Part shown: positions 45,909 to 58,300 of the stretch, in pieces
Numbering within the stretch: position 1 is the first letter of the stretch
How the letters are laid out: every line of letters begins with the position of its first letter
Assembly (NCBI GenBank): GCA_021287165.1
Contig: JAJTAY010000037.1
Coordinates: 38,211-102,210 of the forward strand
Source of the DNA: Bacteroidia bacterium
GTDB taxonomy: Bacteria; Bacteroidota; Bacteroidia; Bacteroidales; F082
DNA: 64,000 nucleotides
Reading direction: 5' to 3'
Position numbers and translations under genes: made by a program
The notes under the pieces: generated by a model
Told to the model about the DNA's origin: nothing
What the model saw: only the letters and a program-made list of their open reading frames with translations
Databases searched by the model: none

Positions 45909-47657
45909 CTAGTCGGAGAGCGGAGGTAAAGAAGCCGACTTTTTTTGTTGCAGACCGGCAAAAACTTCGGCATCGCGGTTGTAGATGTCGGTTCGGTAAT
46001 AAACATTGCCCGCGCGGTCGGCCCATGCTGTCAGATAATAGAGGTAAACCCCCGGTTGCGAACGCAGCACGACTGTGCGCGGACTGTTGTTGTTCATGGC
46101 CTGACGTATGCGCTCGTCAGTCCATTCGGGCATATCCTCGAGCAGTAGTCTGGCAAGTTCAAACGGTTTTTCTACCCTGATACATCCGGAGCTGAAGGTG
46201 CGTTCATCGCGGGCAAAAAGTTCCCTCGACGGGGTGTCGTGGAGATAAACGTCGTATTTGTTCGGAAACATGAATTTCACTTTGCCGAGAGCGTTTTGCG
46301 GTCCGGGTGCCTGACGAATAGTGTAGCGCATTCCGTCGCGTCGCCAGTTGATCGTTGCCGGATCTACCTGCTGCCCGCGTGCATTGAGCACAACCATATT
46401 CTTTTCTTTCAGGTAGTTGACGTTTCGCGCTGTGGCAGGGATCACGTCTGCTTTTTGAATTCCTGGAGGGACTGTCCAGGTCGGGCTGAAAACCAGGTAG
46501 GTGATTCGGGCGTTGAACACCGGCGTTTCGCGGTAGTCCTTGCCTACAATGGTTTTCATCTCCAGCAGGGTATCATAAACTTCCATCACACGCAGGGTAA
46601 AATCGGCAATGTTGACCAGCACAAATCGTCTTTCGAGCGAGTCGGGCAGCCAGCGCAGGCGCTCCATATTCACATACAGGCTTTGCAGCCTTTCGTTCAG
46701 CGTTGTATTAATGGCGTTCAGGGTAAGCCTTCCGATAACAGCATCAGCTTGATATCCAAACTTTTGCTGTAGCCTGCGTACTGCCTCGGCAGTTCGTCCA
46801 TCGTAAATTTCGGATGCCGCCAGGCTGTCAGGTTCGTACACCTCCCAAAGTTGTAAATGCCTGCGAAGAAGAGGGAGCAATTCCGATTTCTCGCCAGGTT
46901 TAATCGAAGCTTGTCGCCCACTGATTTTTATTTTTGGCAAATCCTGCATCTGGCTGATTTTGGCAGCTTCGGCCACCATTGCCTGATAGCCGGGATGCGG
47001 CGGATAGAACTGTTGCATCAGCTCATTGATATCGCTGCCCGTGAAATGTGCGAGCCGCTGATCGAGCATCAACTCGGGCTTGTTGCGCTGAATTCCCCAC
47101 TGGCTGGTTAGTTCTTCAGGGTCCACCTTGCCGTTGTAGATATGCGAAGCGATCATAAACCATGCATCTGTGAGCAGCAGGTCGAGCCGTGCCAGCAAAA
47201 CAGGATCGAAGCGTGCGGAGCTGTCATTCAGGATGTTATCAAACAGTTCCTTTGTTTTCTCAAAGTGATAATCTTCCGCCTGTAAACCGTGATAACGTGT
47301 GCTTCCGATATACGCTATCATGCTCCGGGCTTTTTCAAGACTATCGGGATGGGCAAACCAATATGGCGCAAAAGCCCGTCCAGTGTAGAATCTGGGCAAC
47401 AGGACAGAACTAAATAACGACCTTTCCTCTACGGAGTATCTTTGACCGGGTAGTCTGTTTTCGAGCACATTGCGTATTTGGTCGGCGGCATCGCCGAGGG
47501 TAAGCTCAAACTGCTGATACCTCACCATGGCCAGGCTGTCTTCGATGCTCATCCGGGGCTGGGGAATCGTGGCTTTTTTTGGCTGAAAAAATTCGCACGA
47601 ATGAAATAGCAATAGTGCTGTGATGATATAGCTTAGCTGTAATATAAATTGTTTCAT
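45909..47657 (-). CDS. L,D-transpeptidase family protein (YcbB/LdtD-like)
   Basis: About 582 aa from the ATG at 47657 (MKQFILQLSYIITALLLFHSC). YkuD active site YLHDTPSRELFARDERTFSSGCIRV. The track start at 47699 runs into the gyrB terminator. Confidence 0.8.
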   Translation of the reverse strand: MKQFILQLSYIITALLLFHSCEFFQPKKATIPQPRMSIEDSLAMVRYQQFELTLGDAADQIRNVLENRLPGQRYSVEERSLFSSVLLPRFYTGRAFAPYWFAHPDSLEKARSMIAYIGSTRYHGLQAEDYHFEKTKELFDNILNDSSARFDPVLLARLDLLLTDAWFMIASHIYNGKVDPEELTSQWGIQRNKPELMLDQRLAHFTGSDINELMQQFYPPHPGYQAMVAEAAKISQMQDLPKIKISGRQASIKPGEKSELLPLLRRHLQLWEVYEPDSLAASEIYDGRTAEAVRRLQQKFGYQADAVIGRLTLNAINTTLNERLQSLYVNMERLRWLPDSLERRFVLVNIADFTLRVMEVYDTLLEMKTIVGKDYRETPVFNARITYLVFSPTWTVPPGIQKADVIPATARNVNYLKEKNMVVLNARGQQVDPATINWRRDGMRYTIRQAPGPQNALGKVKFMFPNKYDVYLHDTPSRELFARDERTFSSGCIRVEKPFELARLLLEDMPEWTDERIRQAMNNNSPRTVVLRSQPGVYLYYLTAWADRAGNVYYRTDIYNRDAEVFAGLQQKKSASLPPLSD

Positions 47658-47678
47658 CTGATGGTGGCTGCAGGGGTC

Positions 47679-47714
47679 GAAAATAATAAAACCTGCCATC
47701 GGGTCAGGCAGGTT
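47679..47714 (-). terminator. Terminator after gyrB
   Basis: Stem aacctgcc / ggcaggtt. The minus strand reads the hairpin followed by ttttattatttt. Confidence 0.7.
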
Positions 47715-47738
47715 CTATTAAGGAGGTGTCAGCTTATC

Positions 47739-49715
<1,977 letters not shown>

Positions 49716-49739
49716 TTATGTTGAAATTATCCTATTGTG

Positions 49740-49747
49740 CAAAGATA
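49740..49747 (-). promoter_or_regulatory. -7 element TATCTTTG upstream of gyrB
   Basis: Exact match on the minus strand, about 40 nt before the gyrB ATG. Confidence 0.45.
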
Positions 49748-49957
49748 CGTTTTTCGCGCTTTTGAGGCTTGTGTCAGGTCGTCTAAATCCCTTTAGTTAT
49801 CAACATTTGAGCAATGCAAACGTGTGCAGTCGCAGCTTGTTTCAAACATAGTTAACATACTGATTTCTGTTCCGGGTTAATTGAAAAATAGTGGATTCTG
49901 AGCAAGCCTTTGCACAGACTTAAATGGTAAAACATCGTTATTTAGAACGATTCTAAT

Positions 49958-49965
49958 TAACTTTG
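49958..49965 (+). promoter_or_regulatory. -7 element TAACTTTG upstream of the iron ABC transporter operon
   Basis: Exact match, 22 nt before the ATG at 49988. Confidence 0.45.
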
Positions 49966-49987
49966 CAAATGCTTAACAAATAAAGTA

Positions 49988-51007
49988 ATGAATTTTAAAG
50001 TTGTCCTTCTGACCCTGGTTTTGGCAACATTTGCCATCTCGTGTACAAAAGTGGTTGAAGAAGTAAATGTCTATTCGGGAAGGCATTATGCCTCCGACGA
50101 AGCCTTGTTTGCTCAATTTACCGAAGAAACCGGGATAAAAGTAAACCTGATTAAAGCCGATAGCGACCAACTTCTTGGCCGGTTGGAAATCGAAGGCGAA
50201 AAAAGTCCTGCTGATCTCTTTATAACACCTGACGTTAGCCGGCTCAGCAGGGCATCATCGCTTGGCCTGCTTGCCAGGCTGCCCGAAAATGATTGGCTTA
50301 TGAATGTTCCGCCTATGTATCGCGACAGAAATGGATTTTGGACAGGCCTCACCATGCGTGCAAGGGTAATTGTATATGCTCCGGAAAGAATCGATAGTTC
50401 GCTCATTTCCACCTACGAAGCGCTTGCCGGCGATAAACTCAAGGGTCGCCTCATTATGCGATCCATCCAGAGCCAATACAACCAGAGCCTTTTAGCCTCG
50501 CTTATCGTTCATGAAGGAGAGTCTGCTGCCGGGGATTGGATTTCTGGTGTGGTTTCCAATTTTGCCCGCGAACCGCAGGGTAACGATCGCGACCAGATGA
50601 AAGCCATAGCCTCGGGAATTGCTGATGTAAGCGTTGTCAATACTTATTATCTCGGTCAGATGCTTCATTCCGCAAACGAAGAGGAGCGTAGGGTGGCAGC
50701 CTCGCTCAGCTTGTTGTTTCCCAATCAGCATGACCGCGGCACCCATGTTAATGCAAGCGGAGCTGGTGTGCTGCGCAATGCACCCAATAGCAAGAATGCC
50801 TTGCGTTTGCTCGAATTCCTGCTTAGCAAATCATCTCAGGAGTATCTTAGCAATAGTAATTTCGAGTATCCGGTAAATCCAGATGCACAAATGGCTGAGT
50901 TGCTTCGTCAATGGGGCGTTTTCAGGGAAGATACCATCGATCTCAACCAGCTCAATGCCCGCCTCGACCAGGCTTTGATGATTGCTCGCTCGGGAGGCTG
51001 GAAATAA
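49988..51007 (+). CDS. Fe(3+)-type ABC transporter substrate-binding lipoprotein
   Basis: 339 aa. Lipobox TFAISC. FbpA/AfuA-like pattern VNVYSGRHYASDEALF...ADLFITPD...VNTYY. Confidence 0.75.
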   Translation: MNFKVVLLTLVLATFAISCTKVVEEVNVYSGRHYASDEALFAQFTEETGIKVNLIKADSDQLLGRLEIEGEKSPADLFITPDVSRLSRASSLGLLARLPENDWLMNVPPMYRDRNGFWTGLTMRARVIVYAPERIDSSLISTYEALAGDKLKGRLIMRSIQSQYNQSLLASLIVHEGESAAGDWISGVVSNFAREPQGNDRDQMKAIASGIADVSVVNTYYLGQMLHSANEEERRVAASLSLLFPNQHDRGTHVNASGAGVLRNAPNSKNALRLLEFLLSKSSQEYLSNSNFEYPVNPDAQMAELLRQWGVFREDTIDLNQLNARLDQALMIARSGGWK

Positions 51008-51016
51008 TCTGCCGTG

Positions 51017-52624
51017 ATGCCCGAAGCCCGAAAAGGAAATTATTTCCGTTGGAGTTTGCTTCTATTGCTAGTCTTGCTGCTTGTGGCTCCTGCACTTGCT
51101 GCACTGAGCGGTCTTTTCGGGCAGGCGGGTGAACACTGGCCTCTGTTGCGGTCAACCTTGCTGCCGGTCTATTTCCAAAACACCCTTGTCATAGCAGCAG
51201 GCGTTATTCTACTAAGTCTGATTCTGGGCATTGTGCCGGCTGTTTTGTTACACCGATATAGTTTTCCCGGCTCCGGAATATTGCCATTATTGCTTGTGTT
51301 GCCCTTAGCTATTCCTGCTTACATCAATGGCATGGCTTATCATGCTTTGCTCGACTATGCCTCGCCGCTTTATGTATTTCTACGCCAGAATTTTGGTTTT
51401 CAGTCTGGTCCCTATCTACTTTTCAATTTGCATTCGAATCTGGGAGTTATCCTCGTTTTTTCTTTGTCCTACTATCCTTATGTTTTTCTGCTTACCCGGG
51501 CTTCGCTTGAGGCATTCAATCCCTCCTATGACGAGGCGGCACGGCTTTTGGGCGCCGGACAAAGTCGGGTGTTTTTAAGGCTTTTATTGCCGCATCTCAG
51601 GCCGGCCATTGTTGCATCGCTTGCTTTGGTGCTTATGGAAGTGCTCAATGATTATGGTCTGGTTCGTTTCTTTGGCGTGGAAACTTTTACAACAGGTATT
51701 TTTAATGCATGGTTCGTGCTGCGCGACTCTACTGCCGCTTTCAGGCTTGCCGGACTTCTGCTGCTTTTTGCTTTCCTGCTTTTTTTTGCCGAAAAATGGC
51801 AAAGACCTCAGATTGCCACCCGTCAACGCTTAACCCATCGACCACACAGAAGATTGAATATCAGTGGATTGCCTGCAGTAGCTATATTGTTGATTTCTAC
51901 TTTTCCATTCGTTTTTGGGTTTGCTGTACCTGCGTTGCAACTGGCTGCAATGTCCGTGAAGGCCTGGTCATTGATTACACGGCCCGACTTTGGCGAGCTG
52001 ATGACAAACAGCCTTATCCTTGCTTTCGGTGCCGGAGCTCTGGCTACCATTCTGGCCCTGTTGTTGCTTACACTGAGTCGAAAACTGCAATCCAGAATAT
52101 CTGGTTTTCTCATCTTATTTGCCACTGCAGGTTATGCGCTTCCCGGTGCCGTGATCGCCATCGGAATGCTGATGCTTGTCAATACCATGGCTTTTAATCC
52201 CGTGATGTCAGCCTTTGCAGGATGGCTGCTCACCGCAACCATAGCCGTGCTGATGTATGCCTATGTTGCCCGTTTTATTACTGCATCATGGAACAGCGTT
52301 GAAAGTGGTGCGGGTGCCCTTGGCAGGTCGCAGCTGGAGGCGGCCAGGCTAAGCGGAGCACCGTCATGGCTGGTTTTTAGCGATATCGTCTGGCCCGCGC
52401 TCAAGCCCTCGGTTTTTGCAGGCTTCGTGATGGTGAGTATGGATGTGCTGAAAGAGTTGCCATTAACCCTACTCCTGCGACCTTTCAACTTCGATACCCT
52501 TGCCATCAGGGCCTTTGAGTACGCTGCCGACGAACGCCTTGCCGAAGCTTCGCCCTACGCCTTGCTGATCGTTGTGGCTGGTTTTCTTCCGGTGTGGATA
52601 ATGCGTAAAAACAAGATGATCTGA
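51017..52624 (+). CDS. Iron ABC transporter permease (duplicated MalFG-type domains)
   Basis: About 535 aa from the ATG at 51017 (the track start at 51014 is GTG). About 12 TM segments in two homologous halves, each with an EAA-like loop (YDEAARLLGAG, LEAARLSGAP). Confidence 0.8.
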   Translation: MPEARKGNYFRWSLLLLLVLLLVAPALAALSGLFGQAGEHWPLLRSTLLPVYFQNTLVIAAGVILLSLILGIVPAVLLHRYSFPGSGILPLLLVLPLAIPAYINGMAYHALLDYASPLYVFLRQNFGFQSGPYLLFNLHSNLGVILVFSLSYYPYVFLLTRASLEAFNPSYDEAARLLGAGQSRVFLRLLLPHLRPAIVASLALVLMEVLNDYGLVRFFGVETFTTGIFNAWFVLRDSTAAFRLAGLLLLFAFLLFFAEKWQRPQIATRQRLTHRPHRRLNISGLPAVAILLISTFPFVFGFAVPALQLAAMSVKAWSLITRPDFGELMTNSLILAFGAGALATILALLLLTLSRKLQSRISGFLILFATAGYALPGAVIAIGMLMLVNTMAFNPVMSAFAGWLLTATIAVLMYAYVARFITASWNSVESGAGALGRSQLEAARLSGAPSWLVFSDIVWPALKPSVFAGFVMVSMDVLKELPLTLLLRPFNFDTLAIRAFEYAADERLAEASPYALLIVVAGFLPVWIMRKNKMI

Positions 52625-52629
52625 TCGAT

Positions 52630-53655
52630 ATGCTTCAAGTTTCAAATATTGGCCTCCGTCTTGGTGGTCAGGAAATACTCCACGATGTGAGCCTTGGTTT
52701 GAAAAAGGGCGGCACTTTAGCCTTGGTTGGTGAAAGCGGTTGTGGAAAAACAAGTCTGCTCCGCGTCATAGCCGGCCTCGAACATCCGTATTCAGGAAGC
52801 ATTGTTGTCAACGATCGTCAGCTTAATGCAGCCGGGGTGTATGTTGAACCGGCAAACAGGGGAGTGGGGCTTGTTTTTCAGGACTTTGCACTCTTCCCTC
52901 ACATCAATGTCCGCCGCAACATCCTTTTTGGATTGAACCGCCTTAGCTCACAAGAGCAGAACGACAGGCTCAGTGCAATGCTCTCACTTTTTCAGCTCGA
53001 AGGCCTTGCCAATCGTTATCCGCATCAGCTCTCGGGTGGCCAGCAACAGCGCGTGGCCATGGCCCGTGCATTGGCGCCAAAGCCTGACTTGCTCTTGCTC
53101 GATGAGCCTTTCAGTGGCTATGATGTGCTATTGCGCGACAGCGTAAGACGCGAGCTTCGCGAATTGCTCGACAAGGCCGGCATCACTACCGTTCTTGTTA
53201 CCCACGATCTGCAGGACGCTTTGGTGATGGCCGACGAGGTATGCATTATGCAAAATGGCAGAGTGCTTCAGCAGGGTACAGTTATGCAACTTGCTCAACA
53301 TCCGGTGAATGACTATGTGGCCCGGTTTATGGGTGGGGTCAACAGTCTTAAAGTGCAATGTATAGAGGGCCAGTGGATTTCAGCCTTCGGTCCTTTACCT
53401 GGGCTAAGCTTGAAATTGGCGAAGGAAGCCCTGCTGGTTTTTCCGCCAGATGCTCTGCGTTTGGCGGTTGCCGGCGAACCTGATGCATTCAAAGTTCGGA
53501 TTGGGCGTTTGATGCCTGATCAGCACGGATATCTGGTCTGGTGTATGCCTGAAACGGGGTCGGAATCAACAATTTCAGCAAAACTGACCGAAGCACCTTC
53601 AGGTTCAATTCAACTTTCGTTGCTTTACGACAAAGTGCACGTGTTCCCGCTTTAG
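52630..53655 (+). CDS. ABC transporter ATP-binding protein (FbpC/PotA-like)
   Basis: 341 aa. Walker [10 protein letters not shown], signature LSGGQQQR, Walker [10 protein letters not shown]. Confidence 0.85.
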   Translation: MLQVSNIGLRLGGQEILHDVSLGLKKGGTLALVGESGCGKTSLLRVIAGLEHPYSGSIVVNDRQLNAAGVYVEPANRGVGLVFQDFALFPHINVRRNILFGLNRLSSQEQNDRLSAMLSLFQLEGLANRYPHQLSGGQQQRVAMARALAPKPDLLLLDEPFSGYDVLLRDSVRRELRELLDKAGITTVLVTHDLQDALVMADEVCIMQNGRVLQQGTVMQLAQHPVNDYVARFMGGVNSLKVQCIEGQWISAFGPLPGLSLKLAKEALLVFPPDALRLAVAGEPDAFKVRIGRLMPDQHGYLVWCMPETGSESTISAKLTEAPSGSIQLSLLYDKVHVFPL

Positions 53656-55349
53656 AAGTTCAGCTTCATGCCTGCAGTGAGCTGTGCGCCCTGCACTGGA
53701 TAGCCGTCAAAGCGGAAGTAACGCTGATTCAGCAGGTTGGAAGCGGTGGCATAAAACCAAAGCTGCTGGTTGTGGCGATATTCTGCACCCAACTGAATAT
53801 CAGTGATATCTTTCAGTTTTTGTGCTTTTCCGTCAGCCGCGGGTGCATTGCGACCGCTCAACATTAAAAAGCCTGTATTTAAGCGAAGTTTGTCGTTCAA
53901 ATCATACCACCCGTTAAGTCTGGCCTCAAGTTTAGGCATGTGCCATGGCTGAGCAAGACCCGTCATCTCGTAATTGTCGATGTGAACAAGCAGTTCGGCC
54001 CTTGCCTTGTTACCCGGATCGAAACGGATCTCCGCTGTGAAACGATTGCGGCTTATGTCGTCGAAAACCGTTTTGTACATATGGTTGTAAACCGATGTGG
54101 AATCTTTGACAAAAAAGCCCAACTGTTCTGCAGTCATGTGTTCATATGCAAAACGTAACTCAAGTCCTTTCATGGGGTTTCCCTTGATACCAGTCTGAAA
54201 AACGCCTGGTACAACTGTGATGTAGGAACTGTCGTTGCTTCTCAGGTAAGGGTTTTCGGCCAGCAAACTGCGTCGGGTGTGATGCTCCAGCCTACCCCCG
54301 AATGAAGCAAATATGCTCATGCGATCCTGAAAAATAAAAAGATTGCCGCTCAATTCGGGAAGCAGATGGAAATAAGTCTTTTCGGCCTGAGCTGAACTCA
54401 ATCCCACACCAGCCTCCAGACTGTAGAAACTTCCTTTCAATCCTGCCGCCGGTCGGGCATAAATAAACAGTGTCGATTTCTCCATGGTGCTGTCTCCTTC
54501 GGCGTTGTAGGCAAGTTGGGCATCGATCATGGCATATTGCGTGCCGTCGATAGAAAATAGTTCCATGTTCTTTTTTGCACCACCTTTGACGGCAAAGGAG
54601 TGTTCGAAGGTACGGTAACGATCGTTGAAGAAGTCAAGATTAAGACCAAGGTAATGATTGACCGATTCAGGGTCGCGGAATTTGGTCTTCCATAAGGCGT
54701 CGGCCGAAAAAATACTGAATTGCTGAAGGATCGACTTACCGTTGCCATCGAAGGCCGGATAATCCGAAGGTTTAAATCCATACCAGTGAAAGCGGTCGAA
54801 ACCATAGCCAAGCCCGGCCTGAATGGTTTGCTCACCAATGTTGATATCCGTTGAAATACGGGCTTTGTTGTTCATCCAGTCCGAAGGTGCATAATCGCGC
54901 ACATTGGTCCACGACGAGCGGTGCAAGGCCTGCAAATTTAGCCCAACCGTTTTCGATAGCTCGGAGTGATGCAGAAAATCGAAAACAGGACTCAGGTTGG
55001 TTCCTACGCCCAGATTCAGGTGATTTCGGTAAAGGTTTTTCGATTCATTCAACTCCGTCTGAACCGGACTGATGGGTTCAGGATCAATTTTAACCTCAAC
55101 TGAGGTTTCCACCTTACTTAGTTGCTGGCTGCCTGCGGGCATCGGATTGCCGGTGGTCTCGGGCAGCAAGATCATTTTCGTTGATTCTTTAAGACTTGGC
55201 TGAAAAGTGCCAATAATGGTTACCTGCTCTCTGGTGTTTTGTGCTTGCGCAGGCCTGTAATGCATGAGCAAGAGCCCAAGAAGCATCAGCCCGGCTGTTT
55301 TTGCAATAGCCCGGCGTCGTTGATATTGTATCACGTTTTCTGGTTTCAT
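53652..55349 (-). CDS. Outer-membrane beta-barrel protein, TonB-dependent-receptor-like C-terminus but no plug
   Basis: 565 aa. Signal peptide ...RPAQAQ. Beta-strand-rich. C-terminus [30 protein letters not shown] resembles the TBDR terminal strands. I see no plug or TonB box. Confidence 0.6.
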   Translation of the reverse strand: MKPENVIQYQRRRAIAKTAGLMLLGLLLMHYRPAQAQNTREQVTIIGTFQPSLKESTKMILLPETTGNPMPAGSQQLSKVETSVEVKIDPEPISPVQTELNESKNLYRNHLNLGVGTNLSPVFDFLHHSELSKTVGLNLQALHRSSWTNVRDYAPSDWMNNKARISTDINIGEQTIQAGLGYGFDRFHWYGFKPSDYPAFDGNGKSILQQFSIFSADALWKTKFRDPESVNHYLGLNLDFFNDRYRTFEHSFAVKGGAKKNMELFSIDGTQYAMIDAQLAYNAEGDSTMEKSTLFIYARPAAGLKGSFYSLEAGVGLSSAQAEKTYFHLLPELSGNLFIFQDRMSIFASFGGRLEHHTRRSLLAENPYLRSNDSSYITVVPGVFQTGIKGNPMKGLELRFAYEHMTAEQLGFFVKDSTSVYNHMYKTVFDDISRNRFTAEIRFDPGNKARAELLVHIDNYEMTGLAQPWHMPKLEARLNGWYDLNDKLRLNTGFLMLSGRNAPAADGKAQKLKDITDIQLGAEYRHNQQLWFYATASNLLNQRYFRFDGYPVQGAQLTAGMKLNF

Positions 55350-58300
55350 TTCAACATATTGAGTTTGCGGCGGGCTTCCTGTCGCAGCTCCTCGCCCGGA
55401 TAATTATCGATGATACTTTGCAATGTAGCTTTGGCCTGAAAAATGTTGTTGTTTTTCACGTATATGTCGGCCAGCAGGATGAACCCTTTTGCTACCCAGT
55501 AATCGTGGCGTTTGTGCTTTTCGGCCAGCTCAAAGATGGTTTTCTCGGCATCAGGAAGCTGGTTGTTGTCGAACTGAATTTTTGCAATCAGGAAGCAGGC
55601 TTCGGCTGCCATAGCGCCTTGTCCGCTCCTGTTCACCTTGTTAAGCTCTTCAAGGGCGTTGCGGCTTTGGCCAAGTTCAAGATACGATTTGCCACTGATA
55701 AAGCTTGCCTGCATTCGCTGCTCCGGTTTCACATTGTCGGCCATACTCAGCAATCCTGCAGCCTTGATGGCTTCGGAATATTTACCCTCGAAATAATGGC
55801 TTTTCATTTTGCCTTCCAGGGCTTCGAGTCGCTCGCCCTGCTGACCGGAGTTGTCGTAAAGCCTGCCGTAGTAATCGGCTGCTTTTGCGAAATTGCCGGC
55901 ATCATACTGGTATCTTGCAAGTTGCAGCAGAGCCTCGTTCAAATACGGGTTATTGGGTACACCGGTAAGGTATTCCAGAAATGGGAGCGCAGATTGTATC
56001 TTGTTGGCTTGCAACAGGATACGAGCTTTGTAGTAATTGGCTTTCAGGAGATAGGCTCCATTGGGGAACTTCGAAAGGTAATTGTCCAGCGCGCGCTCTG
56101 CCTCAGCTAATCGACCATCGGTGTAAAAATTTTCAGCGGTAAGAAAGGTTAGCGAATCTTGCTCATTGATGTTGATATTGCCCATACCCACCGATTGCGC
56201 GAACTTAAAAAATTCATCTATTCTATTGGTTTCCATATAGATAACGCGAAGCGTATTGAGGGCCTCGCGGGCATCAGGTGTGCCGGGATAGGTTTCAGCC
56301 ACCCTGCGCAGATGTTGTATGGCAAGTTCCGGCTGGTCGTTGTTGAAATAAATAAGTCCGGTTTTAAGCATGGCTTCGCGTGCATAGGCCGAGCGGGGTC
56401 GTTCGCGGATGAGTTGATCAAAATAAGCCAGTGCCGCACGCCGGTCGTTGGTAACCAGGCTCGTAGACGCCATTTCGTAGAGTGCCTGATCGTAGTATTG
56501 TGATCTCGGGAATCTTTTCAGTAACTGATCGAGGGTGGAGATTTTTTGATTGTGCCGCGAGAGTGCACCCTGAGCGAGCCCTTTTTGCAGGAGCGCATAA
56601 TCGGCATCGCCGGCATTGGCATTTGCAACCCGGTCGTAGGCTTCGATGGCTTTTTCATAACGCCTTGAGATAAAATGGCAGTCGCCGGTTCGCAGCCAGG
56701 CGTCCCAGGTCATGGCAGGGTCGTTGCCGCTGGCCGACAAAAACTGGCTAAAGGCCTGCAGCGCCTGTTCATACTGTTTGAGCTGGAAATGGCTGTAGCC
56801 CAATCCGTAGTTTGCTTTTGCGAGCAGTCCGGTTGAAGATGCATCTTTGGCTGAAAGCATTTGTCTGTAAAGCCGTTGCGCATCAACATAATTTTTTTGC
56901 TGGTATTTTGTTTCGGCCAGCCAGAACAGGGCAGGAGTGTTGAACCTTGTTGTAGGCTTAAGGTTGATCAGCCTCGTGAAATATGGTTCGGCGGCATTGG
57001 GATTGTTTTGGCGCAAAAACTCGGCACCTATGTTAAAGGTAAGCTGGGCATAGGCTTCGTGCAATTTTGGATTGGCGGCCCTGTTGCGTTCGAGCGAGGC
57101 TAAGGCAGCATCGTAATTGCGTCCCTGAAGGTATTGCTGCACAAGCAGTTCGCCGGCTTCCGCAGCATGAGGCGATTTAGAATTGTCGGCAAGGAATTTT
57201 TCGAGTAGTGCAGCGGCTTCGTTAAACGGGTCGGCTTCGGTTTCGAGACTCAGACGGGCATAATTGAGCAGAGCATCAACACCCGTTTCGGTATTTCCGT
57301 TTTTTCTGTAGGCTGCCAAAAAAGCATTACGGGCAAACACTTTCTGTCCATTTTCGGCATAGGCCTGAGCCAGCAAATATGCCGCATGACCTGCAAACGG
57401 TTCATCGCCCGTTGAAGCTTGCTGCAAATTGTTTATGGCTTCTTTATATTGCTGCAAACCAAGCCTGCATTTTCCAGCCTGATAATGGTCCTCGCGTGCG
57501 AGCTGACGTCGTGGGTTTTTCTCGACCATGCTCAGGTAGCTCAGCGCTTTTGGGCAGTCGTTTCGAACGAATGAAACATTGGCAAGAATTCGAGCGACCT
57601 CGGCCTGTTGGCGACTGTCGGCACCCGACATGGCAATGTCGGCCAGTGAGAGCACCTGATCATATTGGCCTAAGCGATATTGCAGTTGCAACTCATAAAC
57701 CGGTACAATTTTTCGGTAGGCAGGCTCATTGCGAAGCTGAGCAAATAGGGCCAGTGCCTTTTCGTTGTTGCCGAGAGAATAATGAATATGTGCAAGCTGA
57801 TAACGGGCGGGAGCAGTGTATATGTTATTGGTTACAAGCACCTTTTCAAGCATTGGTATGGCTTCGCGTACCTGGTTTTGTCGCACAAGGCAGAATCCGG
57901 ATTTATAAAACAGTTCGCTTTGTTCGAAAGGGGGGAGGCTGGCAGGCTTTACTTTTCTGAATGCCGCCAGTGCCTGACTATAGCGACGTTGGGCAAATTG
58001 CATTCTGCCCTCCAGAAAGTCGGCGCGATTCATCTTGTCCGAGCCTCTGGCTTCCTCCCTGAAACGGTTTATTTCGTGTAAAGCGCTGGCGTCGTTGGTT
58101 TCCACCGCACACAGCAGCAGGTAATACCTGATATCGGCAAAGCGTACAGCGTTGTTGTCGTTGTACGACTCCTGCAACTGCTCCAGCAATTGACGGGCCG
58201 CGCCGTATTGCTGTTTTGCAATCAGGTCGAGTGCCTGAAGGTACCGGCTTTCGGGAGGCAATTCCTGCAAATGCTGCTGTGCTGAAAGAACGTTGGTGAG

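Noticed and set aside
49748-49987. Fur box or DnaA boxes in the gyrB / iron-transporter divergent region
   Set aside because: I saw only weak partial matches (for example agtggattc). Nothing approaches the 19-bp Fur palindrome or a DnaA nonamer.
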